From contig CAIPDV010000042.1 in NCBI GenBank assembly GCA_903863935.1, forward strand, positions 68,869 to 132,868: a stretch of 64,000 nucleotides of DNA, written 5' to 3'. Below, in pieces: positions 30,124 to 40,601 of the stretch. Made by a program: the position numbers and the translations under genes. Origin of the DNA: an uncultured Bacteroidota bacterium (lineage in GTDB: Bacteria; Bacteroidota; Bacteroidia; JABEUT01). The notes under the pieces were generated by a model. The model worked only from the letters and a program-made list of their open reading frames with translations, was not told where the DNA came from and ran no database searches. Position 1 is the stretch's first letter. Each line of letters begins with the position of its first letter.

Positions 30124-33100
30124 ATTAAAAAGCTAAGGAAAATACTGTCCGTTATTCTTACCTTCATAGCGGTAGTGTTACTTTTTTTGAACCTGCTCAT
30201 CAATTTTCCTGCTGTTCAAACGGCTCTCACCCACTCTCTTGCCGATTATTATTCGAAAAAATTGCATGTTAAAATCCGTATCGGCAAAGTTGAATTTGAA
30301 TTCCTGAAAAAGCTGGTTTTAAAAGATGTTTATATAGAAGACCAGCATGCCGATACTTTGCTTTGCGCCAGCACTATAAAATTGGATATCGGGCAACTTA
30401 GCTTTAAGAATCATCAGCTTTTTTTAAGTAACGTAATTTTAGATAAAGCTACCATTCACCTTACCACTTACAAGAAAGATTCTGCTTTAAACTTCCAATT
30501 CCTCATTGATGCCTTTGCATCAAAAGATACCACAAAAAATGTTGCTCCCGGATGGAAAATAGCATTGGGTAAAATCACATTGAACAACATTGATTTCCGT
30601 TTATTAAATCAACACGACACTACGCCCGATACATATGGTGTGATATTTTCCAATCTTCGGGTACATGATTTGAATGCGCGGATAAATACCATTAAATTTT
30701 TAGGCGATACAATACGCGCCACCATTGAAAATCTTTCCGCTAAAGAGCAAAGTGGATTTAATCTGCAACGTTTTTCATGCTTTGTAAACCTGTCGCCAAG
30801 GCGTATGGAACTTGATGAACTCAAAATCATCACTCCCAATACTGAAATTTCCACTGATCTGGTTTTCAGATATAACAAATTCTCCGATTTTGATGACTTT
30901 ATAAACAAGGTTGACATGAAAGCTGATTTCCATAAAAGCAAAGTATGCTTTCAGGATATAGGGTATTTTGCTCATTCGCTTAAAGCAGTGCATAACTGCC
31001 TTACCATATCAGGCGAATACAGGGGAACGGTTAATCACCTTAGCGCGCATAAAATGAATATTGGCTGGGGCAAATACTCAATGCTGGAGGGAGAGGCAGT
31101 TCTCAACAATATTACAGAAATAGATTCCGCCATTATCAAAGTAAATATTACCAATATGGTTACTTCCAAAACAGAAATAGAAGATTTGCCTATTCCACCG
31201 TTTGATCAGGAAAATCATATAGATCTACCGGAGAATATCAGCAAACTTAAAACGATACATTTCACCGGTTTCTTTGATGGAACAATAAAAACTTTCAAGG
31301 CTTCCGGGGCAATAGAAACAGAAATCGGTAATGTTTCGGCTAATTTACACATGTGGGAAAAACGGGGAAGTAAAGAACCTGAATACAGTGGAAAAATTGA
31401 AACCAAAGATTTTGACCTGGGTGCATTCTGGCAAATTCCACAAATTGGTGCGGTTACTACATCCGTTACTATTAATGGAACAGGTTTGAAAAAGGAAAAT
31501 GCAGATGCAAGCCTTTCAGGAGTGATTGAAAGTATAACCGTCTTGAAATACAAATATCAAAATTCAGCAGTAACAGGCGAATTAAAGAAAGGATACTTTT
31601 CCGGTTTGGTGAAAATTATCGATCCGCATTTGCTTATGGATTTTAACGGGAAAATAAACCTGGAGTCTAAAAACAGTGTATTCCAGTTTGAAACCCATAT
31701 TGACAAAGCAAACCTCACAGCCCTTCACTTTATTAAAGATACGAATACAGTTGCTTTTTTATCGAGCCATATTAAAGTGAATGCAACAGGAAACTCGCTG
31801 GATAATCTGGAAGGCTCCGTTTATATTGACAGCACAATGTATGCCATTCATACAAGTGTTTACCATCTTAAAACACTATCCCTTACTTCAGCGGTAAAAG
31901 GAGATTATCATGATATAAATCTGAAATCTGATTATGCTGATGGTGAACTATCGGGCCATTTTCACCTTGCCAACACAATAGAATGTTTGCAAAATCTATT
32001 ATCGAATTATATTCCAAACGTTTTCCCGAAAGAAAAAAATGCGAAAGGAGTAAAAGAGGATGCCCACGATTATGCACTAACGTTGCGCTTTAACGAGGAT
32101 ACAGGGCTTACAAATCTATTTGTTCCCGGATTAAGAATTGCCCAGGGCACTCTTATTAAAGGTCGTTATAATGAAGCCTCCAACAATTTTAATTTAAGCG
32201 GTTCTTCGGAAGAAATAGATATCTCGGCAAAGAAACTTAAGAATTGGAATATTTCTGCCTCAGGTGATCAATCCTCCATGGTTTTTAATTCCGGCTGCGA
32301 TACCTTGTTTTTAAGTGATAGTTTATATGCGGCTAGTTTTGCACTTAATGGCAACATACGAAAAGACACTATTCACTACACAATTGCCTGGAATAATGAT
32401 TCAGGAAATTTTGCAAATATCCCCGGGTTTGTAGGCTTCCCTTCCAAATCAAAAATTGCATTCCGCTTTTTACACCCCGTTATAAGCATGGTAGATTCTG
32501 TCTGGAAAATAAACGATGAAAACCTTATTGTGTACGATTCTTCCCGATGGTCTATCCTTTCATTTATTATTTCTCATAACCGGCAATCTTCTATTTCTCT
32601 CAAAGGTGTTGTTTCAAACTACCACGATGATAAACTTGGCATAGAATTACATAATTTGAATTTAGCGAGTTTCAAACTTGGCAGTACTCCTTTAGCAGGG
32701 GAGTTGAATGGAACCGCATCCATTTCCGATTTATTTGATCATCCTTATTTCATAAGTGCCATCAATTTTACCGGCCTTACATTCAATAAGGAATATATAG
32801 GCGATGGCAATGTGAATTGCAGTTGGGATACTTCATCTCAAGCTATAGTTGTTGATGCTCACGTAACGCACCATGGCACGCCGGTACTTACAGCCACCGG
32901 AAAGTATACCCCCGGCAATAATACCAATAGTTTAAGTATTGATGCAGGTCTTACAGCTTTTCCAACAAAACTGTTTCAGCCTTATTTAAAAGTTGTAAGT
33001 TCTGTGTTGGATGGTTCGGTAACAGGCCAGGCGCATATTTCGGGAGAGCCGTCCAAACCAATAATTACCGGAAATGTGAATGTCGTTTTAAAACAAATGA

Positions 33101-34551
33101 AGTTCGATTACTTGAATACATCCTATCACTCGCCAAGTATAAATGTGGATATTGTACCAGATACATTTAAAATCAATTCTTCGCAACTAATAGATGAAAA
33201 GGGAAATTCTGCCACATTGAGCGGAACATTTACACACACTAATTTTAAAGACCTACAGATGGATCTGAATATAGATGCCACAAACTTTTTATGCCTGAAT
33301 ACAGGAGAAGGGAATAATAGCGCGTACTTCGGAACTGCCTACGCAACGGGTAATTTAGAAGTATACGGACCTCTGGATGCACTCACTGTGTATGCCAATG
33401 TTACAACCGAGAAAAACACCACATTCAATATTTCATTGGATAACTCATCCGATGTTGATCAGGGAAATTATATTCAGTTTAAGAACAAAGGAAAAAATAA
33501 AAATAAATCCTCTGCTTACAAAGTGACACTTGGTGGAATACAAATGGATTTTACGATTCATGTTACTCCTGATGCCAAAGCGAGAATTCTTTTTTCATCC
33601 AAGGGTGAGGTATTGGAAAGTCAGGGTTATGGAACGATTAAATTCGGCATGGATAATATTGGGGTAATTAATATGCGTGGTACCTATACCGTTGAAAGTG
33701 GATATTACAACTTTGTTCTTCAGAACATCATCAATAAAAAATTCCTGTTGCAATCCGGCGGAAACATAACATGGAATGGGGATCCTTACAATGCTGATAT
33801 TAATTTAACCACTGTTTATGCAACATCAGCATCTCTTGAACCTTTTTATCCATCGGATATTTCAGGCATATACAACAAGAGGGTTCAGGTAAATTGCAAC
33901 CTTGATCTGTCAGGTAAATTAGCTTCTCCGTTAATTAAATTTGGTATTGATCTGCCTACCGTAGACAATGACACCAAGAGCTATGTTGAAAGCACATTAA
34001 GTAACCAGGATGAATTAACAACCCAGGTGTTCGGGTTACTACTTATCAATAGCTTTATGCCTGTTGGCAGCGGTATTGGAAGCACAATAGGAAACAACGT
34101 TGCCGGGGCAAGTTCAGCACAAATTTTATCGAACCAGCTTACCAACATGTTTAATAATATAAATAAAAATTTTAATATTGCTTTAGATTATCAACCGGGC
34201 ACTGCCCTTAATCCTACCGAAGTAAAATTGGCATTTTCAAAGCAATTCTTTAACAATAAAGTAGAGGTAAAAACTGATGTTGGTGCTATAAGTTCCACAA
34301 ACCAAACAAACCCAGGAAGTAATGTTGTTGGTGAAGTGACGGTTGAATATAAGATAACAAAAAATGGGAAATTAAGGGCTAAAGCATTCAATAAAGCCAA
34401 TGATAACACCGCTTTATATACCAACTCCCCCTACACGCAAGGTGCGGGTTTCTCCTACAAAGAGGGATTCAACGTTTGGAGAGAACTCTGGCATAAAATG
34501 TTTGGCAAAAAAACACCAGATGCCAAAGCACCTATCGGTACAAATAAATAA
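30124..34551 (+). CDS. TamB/AsmA-like translocation and assembly module protein (start codon uncertain)
   Basis: N-terminal TM followed by PAVQT, long beta-rich body, C-terminal G.ITWNGDPYNA...YTQGAG region; head-to-head with tsaD. The 5' part of the listed ORF from 29851 overlaps tsaD and is not credible. Confidence 0.8.
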   Translation: MKKLRKILSVILTFIAVVLLFLNLLINFPAVQTALTHSLADYYSKKLHVKIRIGKVEFEFLKKLVLKDVYIEDQHADTLLCASTIKLDIGQLSFKNHQLFLSNVILDKATIHLTTYKKDSALNFQFLIDAFASKDTTKNVAPGWKIALGKITLNNIDFRLLNQHDTTPDTYGVIFSNLRVHDLNARINTIKFLGDTIRATIENLSAKEQSGFNLQRFSCFVNLSPRRMELDELKIITPNTEISTDLVFRYNKFSDFDDFINKVDMKADFHKSKVCFQDIGYFAHSLKAVHNCLTISGEYRGTVNHLSAHKMNIGWGKYSMLEGEAVLNNITEIDSAIIKVNITNMVTSKTEIEDLPIPPFDQENHIDLPENISKLKTIHFTGFFDGTIKTFKASGAIETEIGNVSANLHMWEKRGSKEPEYSGKIETKDFDLGAFWQIPQIGAVTTSVTINGTGLKKENADASLSGVIESITVLKYKYQNSAVTGELKKGYFSGLVKIIDPHLLMDFNGKINLESKNSVFQFETHIDKANLTALHFIKDTNTVAFLSSHIKVNATGNSLDNLEGSVYIDSTMYAIHTSVYHLKTLSLTSAVKGDYHDINLKSDYADGELSGHFHLANTIECLQNLLSNYIPNVFPKEKNAKGVKEDAHDYALTLRFNEDTGLTNLFVPGLRIAQGTLIKGRYNEASNNFNLSGSSEEIDISAKKLKNWNISASGDQSSMVFNSGCDTLFLSDSLYAASFALNGNIRKDTIHYTIAWNNDSGNFANIPGFVGFPSKSKIAFRFLHPVISMVDSVWKINDENLIVYDSSRWSILSFIISHNRQSSISLKGVVSNYHDDKLGIELHNLNLASFKLGSTPLAGELNGTASISDLFDHPYFISAINFTGLTFNKEYIGDGNVNCSWDTSSQAIVVDAHVTHHGTPVLTATGKYTPGNNTNSLSIDAGLTAFPTKLFQPYLKVVSSVLDGSVTGQAHISGEPSKPIITGNVNVVLKQMKFDYLNTSYHSPSINVDIVPDTFKINSSQLIDEKGNSATLSGTFTHTNFKDLQMDLNIDATNFLCLNTGEGNNSAYFGTAYATGNLEVYGPLDALTVYANVTTEKNTTFNISLDNSSDVDQGNYIQFKNKGKNKNKSSAYKVTLGGIQMDFTIHVTPDAKARILFSSKGEVLESQGYGTIKFGMDNIGVINMRGTYTVESGYYNFVLQNIINKKFLLQSGGNITWNGDPYNADINLTTVYATSASLEPFYPSDISGIYNKRVQVNCNLDLSGKLASPLIKFGIDLPTVDNDTKSYVESTLSNQDELTTQVFGLLLINSFMPVGSGIGSTIGNNVAGASSAQILSNQLTNMFNNINKNFNIALDYQPGTALNPTEVKLAFSKQFFNNKVEVKTDVGAISSTNQTNPGSNVVGEVTVEYKITKNGKLRAKAFNKANDNTALYTNSPYTQGAGFSYKEGFNVWRELWHKMFGKKTPDAKAPIGTNK

Positions 34552-34555
34552 AGAG

Positions 34556-37180
34556 CTATAAATTCTCCAATTGCTTTTCCAATGCCTGAATTTTTGATTC
34601 GGCATCGGCCTTTTTATTCTTTTCGTTTTGAATTACCTCAGGCTTGGCATTGCTGACAAATTTCTGATTGCTCAACTTTGCCTCAACAGACCGCAGGAAT
34701 CCTTTGTTGTAATCAAGTTCTTTCAGTAGCTTTTCTTTCTCCTGGCTTTTATCCAATACAACACCTTCGGGCAAAGTGAATATAAATTCGTGGTCTTTCA
34801 ACACAAAACTTAACTTATCCTTTCCTTCATCCGTCAATGTATTGGAAGATTGATAAACGGAACCGGATAACTCCATATCTGATGGAAGAATACCAATACT
34901 TGCAGGATCCGGAGACACTAAAATTAATCGCTGTTTTAACGGAAGATTTATTTGCTGATGCAAGTTGCGTCCGTTTCTCACAAATGATTTACGGATTTCC
35001 TCAAAATGAGAAACCATTGCATTGTCAAATTTCCCGCTTGCCGGAAAATCACTTACTATAATTCTGTCTTTGCCTTCTCTTTGCCTTATATTATCCCAGA
35101 TTTCCTCTGTAATAAAAGGCATGAACGGATGAACAAGTTTCAACAAAACTTCAAGGTAATTTATAGTGTCGTCATAAATTTTTTGCGGAAAACCATTCCT
35201 GCAGGAAATCTTTATTCGCTCAAGGTATTCTGAACAATAGTCATCCCAAACAAGCTTGTAAATAGCCATCAAAGCCTCAGAAATACGGTATGAACTGAAA
35301 TGCAGCTCAATGATCGCAATTTGTTCTTCTAACTTATTTTTAAACCAAAGTGAATTTTTCAAAGCATCTTCACTCGGTTCCGTATTTTCCGGTTTCCAGG
35401 TGGAGATAAGCCGGAATGAATTCCATAGTTTATTTGAAAAATTACGCCCCTGTTCGCAAAGTGATTCATCAAACGGAAGGTCGTTACCGGCCGGTGAACA
35501 CAAAAGAATTCCAACTCTTACTCCATCGGCACCGAATTGAGCAATCAGGTCGAGCGGGTCAGGTGAATTGCCCAACGATTTACTCATTTTACGCCCCTGT
35601 TTATCGCGAACAATTCCGGTGAGATAAACATTTTTAAATGGTTCTTTTCCCAAATATTCATATCCTGCTATAATCATACGTGCCACCCAGAAGAAAAGAA
35701 TTTCAGGTGCTGTTACAAGGTCATTGGTTGGGTAGTAATAGTTAATGTCTTTGTTTCCGGGAGATTTAAAACCATCGAAAACACTGATCGGCCAAAGCCA
35801 AGAAGAGAACCAGGTATCCAAGACATCTTCATCCTGACGAATATTTGCAGAGCCGCAATGAGGGCATTTCTCAGGGTTTGTTTCTGAAACAATTGCCTCT
35901 CTGCACGCAGGCATAGGAGCATCAATGCAATAATAAGCCGGAATACGCTGCCCCCACCAAAGCTGGCGTGAAATGCACCAATCGTGCACATTTTCCATCC
36001 AGTGGCGATAGGTATTAATGTATTTTTCCGGAATTAATTTTATAGTTCCGTTCAGAACATTTTCCAGTGCCGGCTTTGAAATTTGATCCATCTTTAAAAA
36101 CCATTGCATGGAAAGTTTCGGCTCTATAACCGCATTGGTACGCTCGGAGTAGCCTACCTTGTTTCGGATATTATCAACTTTTACAATGTGTCCAAGCTCG
36201 TCAAGGTCTTTCACTATTTTCTCGCGGACAACAAATCTATCTTCCCCAATATAAAATCCTGCTTCCTTACTCATCGTACCATCCGGATTAATGGTATCAA
36301 TGATTGGCAGATTATGTTTTACGCCAAGATTATAGTCATTAATATCATGTGCAGGGGTCACCTTTAATGCACCTGTACCAAATTCCATTAAAATATAATC
36401 GTCCGCAATAATAGGCACAGAGCGGTTTACCATAGGTATAATAGCCCTCTTGCCAACCAATTTTTTATAGCGTTCATCATTCGGATGCACACATACTGCC
36501 GTATCACCCAGAATTGTTTCAGGCCGTGTAGTGGCAATAGTTATCCATTCATCGGCCGTGTTTTCAATTTTATATTTTACATAATAAAGTTTTGAGTCGA
36601 CTTCTTTATGAATCACCTCTTCATCCGACACAGCTGTTAATCCTTTTGGGTCCCAGTTTATCATGCGGACTCCACGGTAAATATTTCCTTTTTTATAAAG
36701 ATCGACAAACACTTGCAGAACTGCATCGCTCATGTCCTTATCCATGGTAAAACGCAACCTATCCCAATCGCATGAACAGCCGAGTTTTTTAATTTGCTCG
36801 ATTATAATTCCACCGTATTTCTCTTTCCATTCCCAGGCATATTTCAAAAACTCATTTCTTGTCAGATCATTTTTTGAAATACCCTTTTCTTTCAACATAG
36901 CCACAACTTTTGCCTCCGTTGCAATGGAAGCATGATCAGTCCCCGGCACCCAGCAGGCATTTTTACCTTTCATGCGGGCATGGCGAACCAGCACGTCCTG
37001 AATGGTGTTATTGAGAACATGGCCCATGTGCAATACTCCCGTAACGTTTGGTGGAGGAATAACAATAGTGTAAGGTTCACGCCCATCCGGTTCCGAATGA
37101 AAAAATCCATTCTCCATCCAGTAGCTATACCACTTTTCTTCGCTTTTTTTCGGGTCGTATATTTTAGAAATCTCTTCCAT
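34556..37180 (-). CDS. valS: Valine--tRNA ligase
   Basis: PPPNVTGVLHMGH, DWCISRQLWWG, DVLDTWFSS, KMSKSLGN. Confidence 0.98.
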   Translation of the reverse strand: MEEISKIYDPKKSEEKWYSYWMENGFFHSEPDGREPYTIVIPPPNVTGVLHMGHVLNNTIQDVLVRHARMKGKNACWVPGTDHASIATEAKVVAMLKEKGISKNDLTRNEFLKYAWEWKEKYGGIIIEQIKKLGCSCDWDRLRFTMDKDMSDAVLQVFVDLYKKGNIYRGVRMINWDPKGLTAVSDEEVIHKEVDSKLYYVKYKIENTADEWITIATTRPETILGDTAVCVHPNDERYKKLVGKRAIIPMVNRSVPIIADDYILMEFGTGALKVTPAHDINDYNLGVKHNLPIIDTINPDGTMSKEAGFYIGEDRFVVREKIVKDLDELGHIVKVDNIRNKVGYSERTNAVIEPKLSMQWFLKMDQISKPALENVLNGTIKLIPEKYINTYRHWMENVHDWCISRQLWWGQRIPAYYCIDAPMPACREAIVSETNPEKCPHCGSANIRQDEDVLDTWFSSWLWPISVFDGFKSPGNKDINYYYPTNDLVTAPEILFFWVARMIIAGYEYLGKEPFKNVYLTGIVRDKQGRKMSKSLGNSPDPLDLIAQFGADGVRVGILLCSPAGNDLPFDESLCEQGRNFSNKLWNSFRLISTWKPENTEPSEDALKNSLWFKNKLEEQIAIIELHFSSYRISEALMAIYKLVWDDYCSEYLERIKISCRNGFPQKIYDDTINYLEVLLKLVHPFMPFITEEIWDNIRQREGKDRIIVSDFPASGKFDNAMVSHFEEIRKSFVRNGRNLHQQINLPLKQRLILVSPDPASIGILPSDMELSGSVYQSSNTLTDEGKDKLSFVLKDHEFIFTLPEGVVLDKSQEKEKLLKELDYNKGFLRSVEAKLSNQKFVSNAKPEVIQNEKNKKADAESKIQALEKQLENL

Positions 37181-37189
37181 CGTTCTATC

Positions 37190-38326
37190 TCAGAATGTTT
37201 TTCGGAATGTTATAAATTTTTTATAGGGTACTACTTGCAAAAGGGCAACCAGTAAGTGAATCATCTTCTCATTAAAGTCGCCTATCCAGCTTATTAAAAT
37301 TTTGTCGTAGGTTTTCTTGGGCTGTATTATTTTTCCAAGCTCTGTAAATATTCCTGCTTCCAATCCTTTTCCCTGGTATTCCGGAATAATTCCGAATACA
37401 ATTCCCATAGTTGCACGCGGTGGTTTGGTTTTCATGTAATAATAGGTTTTGAGTTTTCCAAGCCAGTTAAGGTCGCCATGAACATATTTAAATACTTCAT
37501 TCAATTCAGGAATGGAAACATAAACCCCGACCGGAATATCATTGTGGTATACATACCAGCAGGTATCTTCATCAATTATAGGTTTCATTTTATTCATGAT
37601 CTCCAATGCCCTTTTGCTGGTCATTTCTTCATGGTCGCTCCGTTCTGCAATCCATGCTTTATTATAGATAATCCTGAAATCTTCCGCAAACTTTTCTGCC
37701 TGATCCTTTTTTATACGCTCGAATCTGTATTCCTTATTTCGGGTTACTCTTTCCGCAACGGCATTAAGCCGCGGGTGTGGTGGGTCGGCTGCACTCCTGT
37801 AATAGACAATTTGCTCATAATACTTTGTAAAACCATAGGCTTCAAAAAAACTCCGATAGTAATCCGGGTTATGGTTCATAGTGTAAATAGAAGGCTTATC
37901 TCCACCCTCCGATAACAAGCCCCAATAGCGGTCCTTTTCACCAAAGTTTATAGGTCCATCCATGGCTTTCATTTCCCTTTCTACCAACCAATCCTTGCAT
38001 TTATCAAAAAGCATAAATGCAGCATCTTTATCATTGATGCATTCAAAAAAACCCATCCCTCCGGTAGGTTGCTCGAAAGTAAAAGCAGTTTTTTTATTTA
38101 TGAATGCGGCAACTCGCCCAACAGGTTCATTTTTTTCATTGTACAAAACCCACCTGGTAGAATCCCCATGAGAAAAATAGGGGTTCTTGGTTCGATCAAA
38201 AACAGTTTCAACCTCTTGCTTAATGTGTGGAACCCAATTGGGGTCTCCCGCATAAATTTTAAAAGGCAGTTTATGAAAATCCTGAATACTTTTCTTATCC
38301 TTTACCTCTATTAAAGTATAAGTCAT
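37190..38326 (-). CDS. Conserved GNAT-fold hypothetical protein
   Basis: F..LP..IY..DPNWVP, GRVAAF, GFFECIND, PEYQGKG motifs. Confidence 0.7.
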   Translation of the reverse strand: MTYTLIEVKDKKSIQDFHKLPFKIYAGDPNWVPHIKQEVETVFDRTKNPYFSHGDSTRWVLYNEKNEPVGRVAAFINKKTAFTFEQPTGGMGFFECINDKDAAFMLFDKCKDWLVEREMKAMDGPINFGEKDRYWGLLSEGGDKPSIYTMNHNPDYYRSFFEAYGFTKYYEQIVYYRSAADPPHPRLNAVAERVTRNKEYRFERIKKDQAEKFAEDFRIIYNKAWIAERSDHEEMTSKRALEIMNKMKPIIDEDTCWYVYHNDIPVGVYVSIPELNEVFKYVHGDLNWLGKLKTYYYMKTKPPRATMGIVFGIIPEYQGKGLEAGIFTELGKIIQPKKTYDKILISWIGDFNEKMIHLLVALLQVVPYKKFITFRKTF

Positions 38327-38329
38327 ATT

Positions 38330-38833
38330 TTAATCTTTAAGAATTACCGATTCTTTTCCCTTAGTTTTTAAGTTAACCTTAATATGTTCCTGTAAAGTAG
38401 TTGAAATTGATAGCCCGGTATAGTCCGATTTTATTGGAAATATGGTATGATTCCGGTCTACAAGTACTGCAATGCGCAGCGACTTAACAGGGAATTGCAA
38501 AATAGTCTTCATACAATACGACAACATTTGCCCGGTATTCAGCACATCATCTACAAGTATAACCGTTTTCCCGGAAAGGTTTATTTTCTTATCTAATTTC
38601 ACCCCACCTTCTTTGGCAAGCGATTTCTTATCTACATCAACCTTTGTGAGAATGATTTTAAGCGGCGAGATCTTTTTTAGTATCTGTTCAAGCTTTTGGG
38701 CAAGTTCAAATCCCCCCGGATAAGTACCAGCCAGCACCACTTCCTTTTCAGTTGAATTATCTTCATATATCTCATATGCAATACGAGTTATCTTCTTTTC
38801 AATCTGGTCGGTATTTAAAATTGAAGTCTCCAT
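38330..38833 (-). CDS. PyrR-like phosphoribosyltransferase
   Basis: KITRIAYEIYE, VILVDDVLNTG, AVLVDRNH..FPIK.DY.G. Confidence 0.85.
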   Translation of the reverse strand: METSILNTDQIEKKITRIAYEIYEDNSTEKEVVLAGTYPGGFELAQKLEQILKKISPLKIILTKVDVDKKSLAKEGGVKLDKKINLSGKTVILVDDVLNTGQMLSYCMKTILQFPVKSLRIAVLVDRNHTIFPIKSDYTGLSISTTLQEHIKVNLKTKGKESVILKD

Positions 38834-38978
38834 TTCACCTAATTTTCGTCAAAGGTAAAAAACAAGAGGGAAATAGTGTAATGGATTCTGTGTTTGTTTA
38901 TGAGCAATCATTAACAAACACAGAGATTGAATATAAAACCTTGTGATTAAAGCCTATAAAATCAAATGAAAAAGCCCT

Positions 38979-40418
38979 TTATTGCCTGACAAACTTACCC
39001 TGTGCTAGTTGCCTGCCATCCTTAGATACTATCATATATAGGTACATGCCTTTCGGTTGATTTGAAAGGTCAATTTGTGTGTTGTTCTTAAATTCTCCGT
39101 TATAGATCCTTTCTCCTGTCATGTTATACACTCGTACTTGATTTATAGCTTCAAAATTCTCGCCCGAAATTGTAATAATACCACTGATGGATGGGTTAGG
39201 AGCAACTCTGGCCGTAGGTAAATTTATAGAAAATGAACAATGATTTTCAACCACTATCAGGTCGGCTGTAGGATAAGCACCATCAACACCACTAAAATCA
39301 TAAAGCTTCACAAAATTTCCGGTATGAATATCATATGAAATCAATGTACCCAGGCCATTTGCTCCGCCTGAATCAATAGGAGATATTAAAATTCCTGAAC
39401 GCGGTATTTGTACATAACCTGTTGCATAAGGATTCTCCCCAAACGGAACTCCCGGAGAACTAAAATCAATTAAAATACTGTCCTTGCCCGTATTTAAATT
39501 ATAGCTGTATAAAAGTCCGTTATTGTTCGTTCCACCCATTTGGGCAATACCATATATAAGGCCATTAGTAGCTTGAAGAAGCGCGCTTGCGTCAGAACTT
39601 GGATACATCCCATTTTTCCCTGAAAAACTAAATACCACACTATACGTTCTGCTTACAAGATCATAGGAATATAGAGCACCCCAATTACTGTCGCCACCCA
39701 AATATGTTGTACCGTAAATCAATCCGTTATTAGCCTGCATTAACCCACGTGGTTGCTTACCTGCTGCTCCATTAAAATTGACTAATACGCTATCCTTCCC
39801 GGTATTGATATTGTAATAAAAAATAGTTCCATTTCCATAGGTTCCACCTAAGGCTGTATGCCCCACTAACAACCCATTTGTGGCTTCAATAAAGTGACCG
39901 GTTGGCTTTGCTCCGTTCGAATCATTAAAGCTGAATAATATGGTTTGAGTTTTGGTTGAAAGATCATAACTATAACATATTCCCTTTCCCGCCGATCCGC
40001 CTGCAGAGGTTAATCCATAAATAAGCCCGTTACTTGCCTGAAATACCCCACCCAGCGGGGTTGCACCATTGGGTCCGCCAAAGTTGATCAATACTGTATC
40101 CTTATTTGTTTTTGGGTTCAGGCAGAACAGTACTCCTAAATTATAGGTTCCACCCAACGAAGTCTGGCTATACAAATTCCCATCGTTAGCCAATATCATA
40201 TATCCACGCGGGGTAGATCCATTAGTATCATTAAAATTGAGCATGACGGATTGCCCTCCTGACGGGTATGAATATTTGTACACACATCCTTTATTGTAAG
40301 CTCCTCCAAATTCGGTTACTCCATAAAGAGTAAAAGATTGCGCCCTGCCTGAATGGTTCAGAAATAATGCAAGAAACAATGCAGCAAGGGATGGCTTAAA
40401 TTTGGATTTAATTTTCAT
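38979..40418 (-). CDS. T9SS type A protein with GloVer-like tandem repeats
   Basis: About 7 repeats of F...NG..P.G.L.QA.NG.IYG.T..GG..N.G.L; APNPS...GMYLY CTD. Confidence 0.8.
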   Translation of the reverse strand: MKIKSKFKPSLAALFLALFLNHSGRAQSFTLYGVTEFGGAYNKGCVYKYSYPSGGQSVMLNFNDTNGSTPRGYMILANDGNLYSQTSLGGTYNLGVLFCLNPKTNKDTVLINFGGPNGATPLGGVFQASNGLIYGLTSAGGSAGKGICYSYDLSTKTQTILFSFNDSNGAKPTGHFIEATNGLLVGHTALGGTYGNGTIFYYNINTGKDSVLVNFNGAAGKQPRGLMQANNGLIYGTTYLGGDSNWGALYSYDLVSRTYSVVFSFSGKNGMYPSSDASALLQATNGLIYGIAQMGGTNNNGLLYSYNLNTGKDSILIDFSSPGVPFGENPYATGYVQIPRSGILISPIDSGGANGLGTLISYDIHTGNFVKLYDFSGVDGAYPTADLIVVENHCSFSINLPTARVAPNPSISGIITISGENFEAINQVRVYNMTGERIYNGEFKNNTQIDLSNQPKGMYLYMIVSKDGRQLAQGKFVRQ

Positions 40419-40601
40419 AAAATTATGCGTTTATTTTTCTAAATACAGACTATTCAATATCAAATATAATAACATTTTTAATATGGAAATACAAAAATAT
40501 AAATATTTAACATTTAAACAATCAATAGCTTATCCGTTATTTTAATAACCATTAAGAAAAGACAAATAGAAAGGTTGGGGAAGAAGAAATTATTTATGAA
40601 A

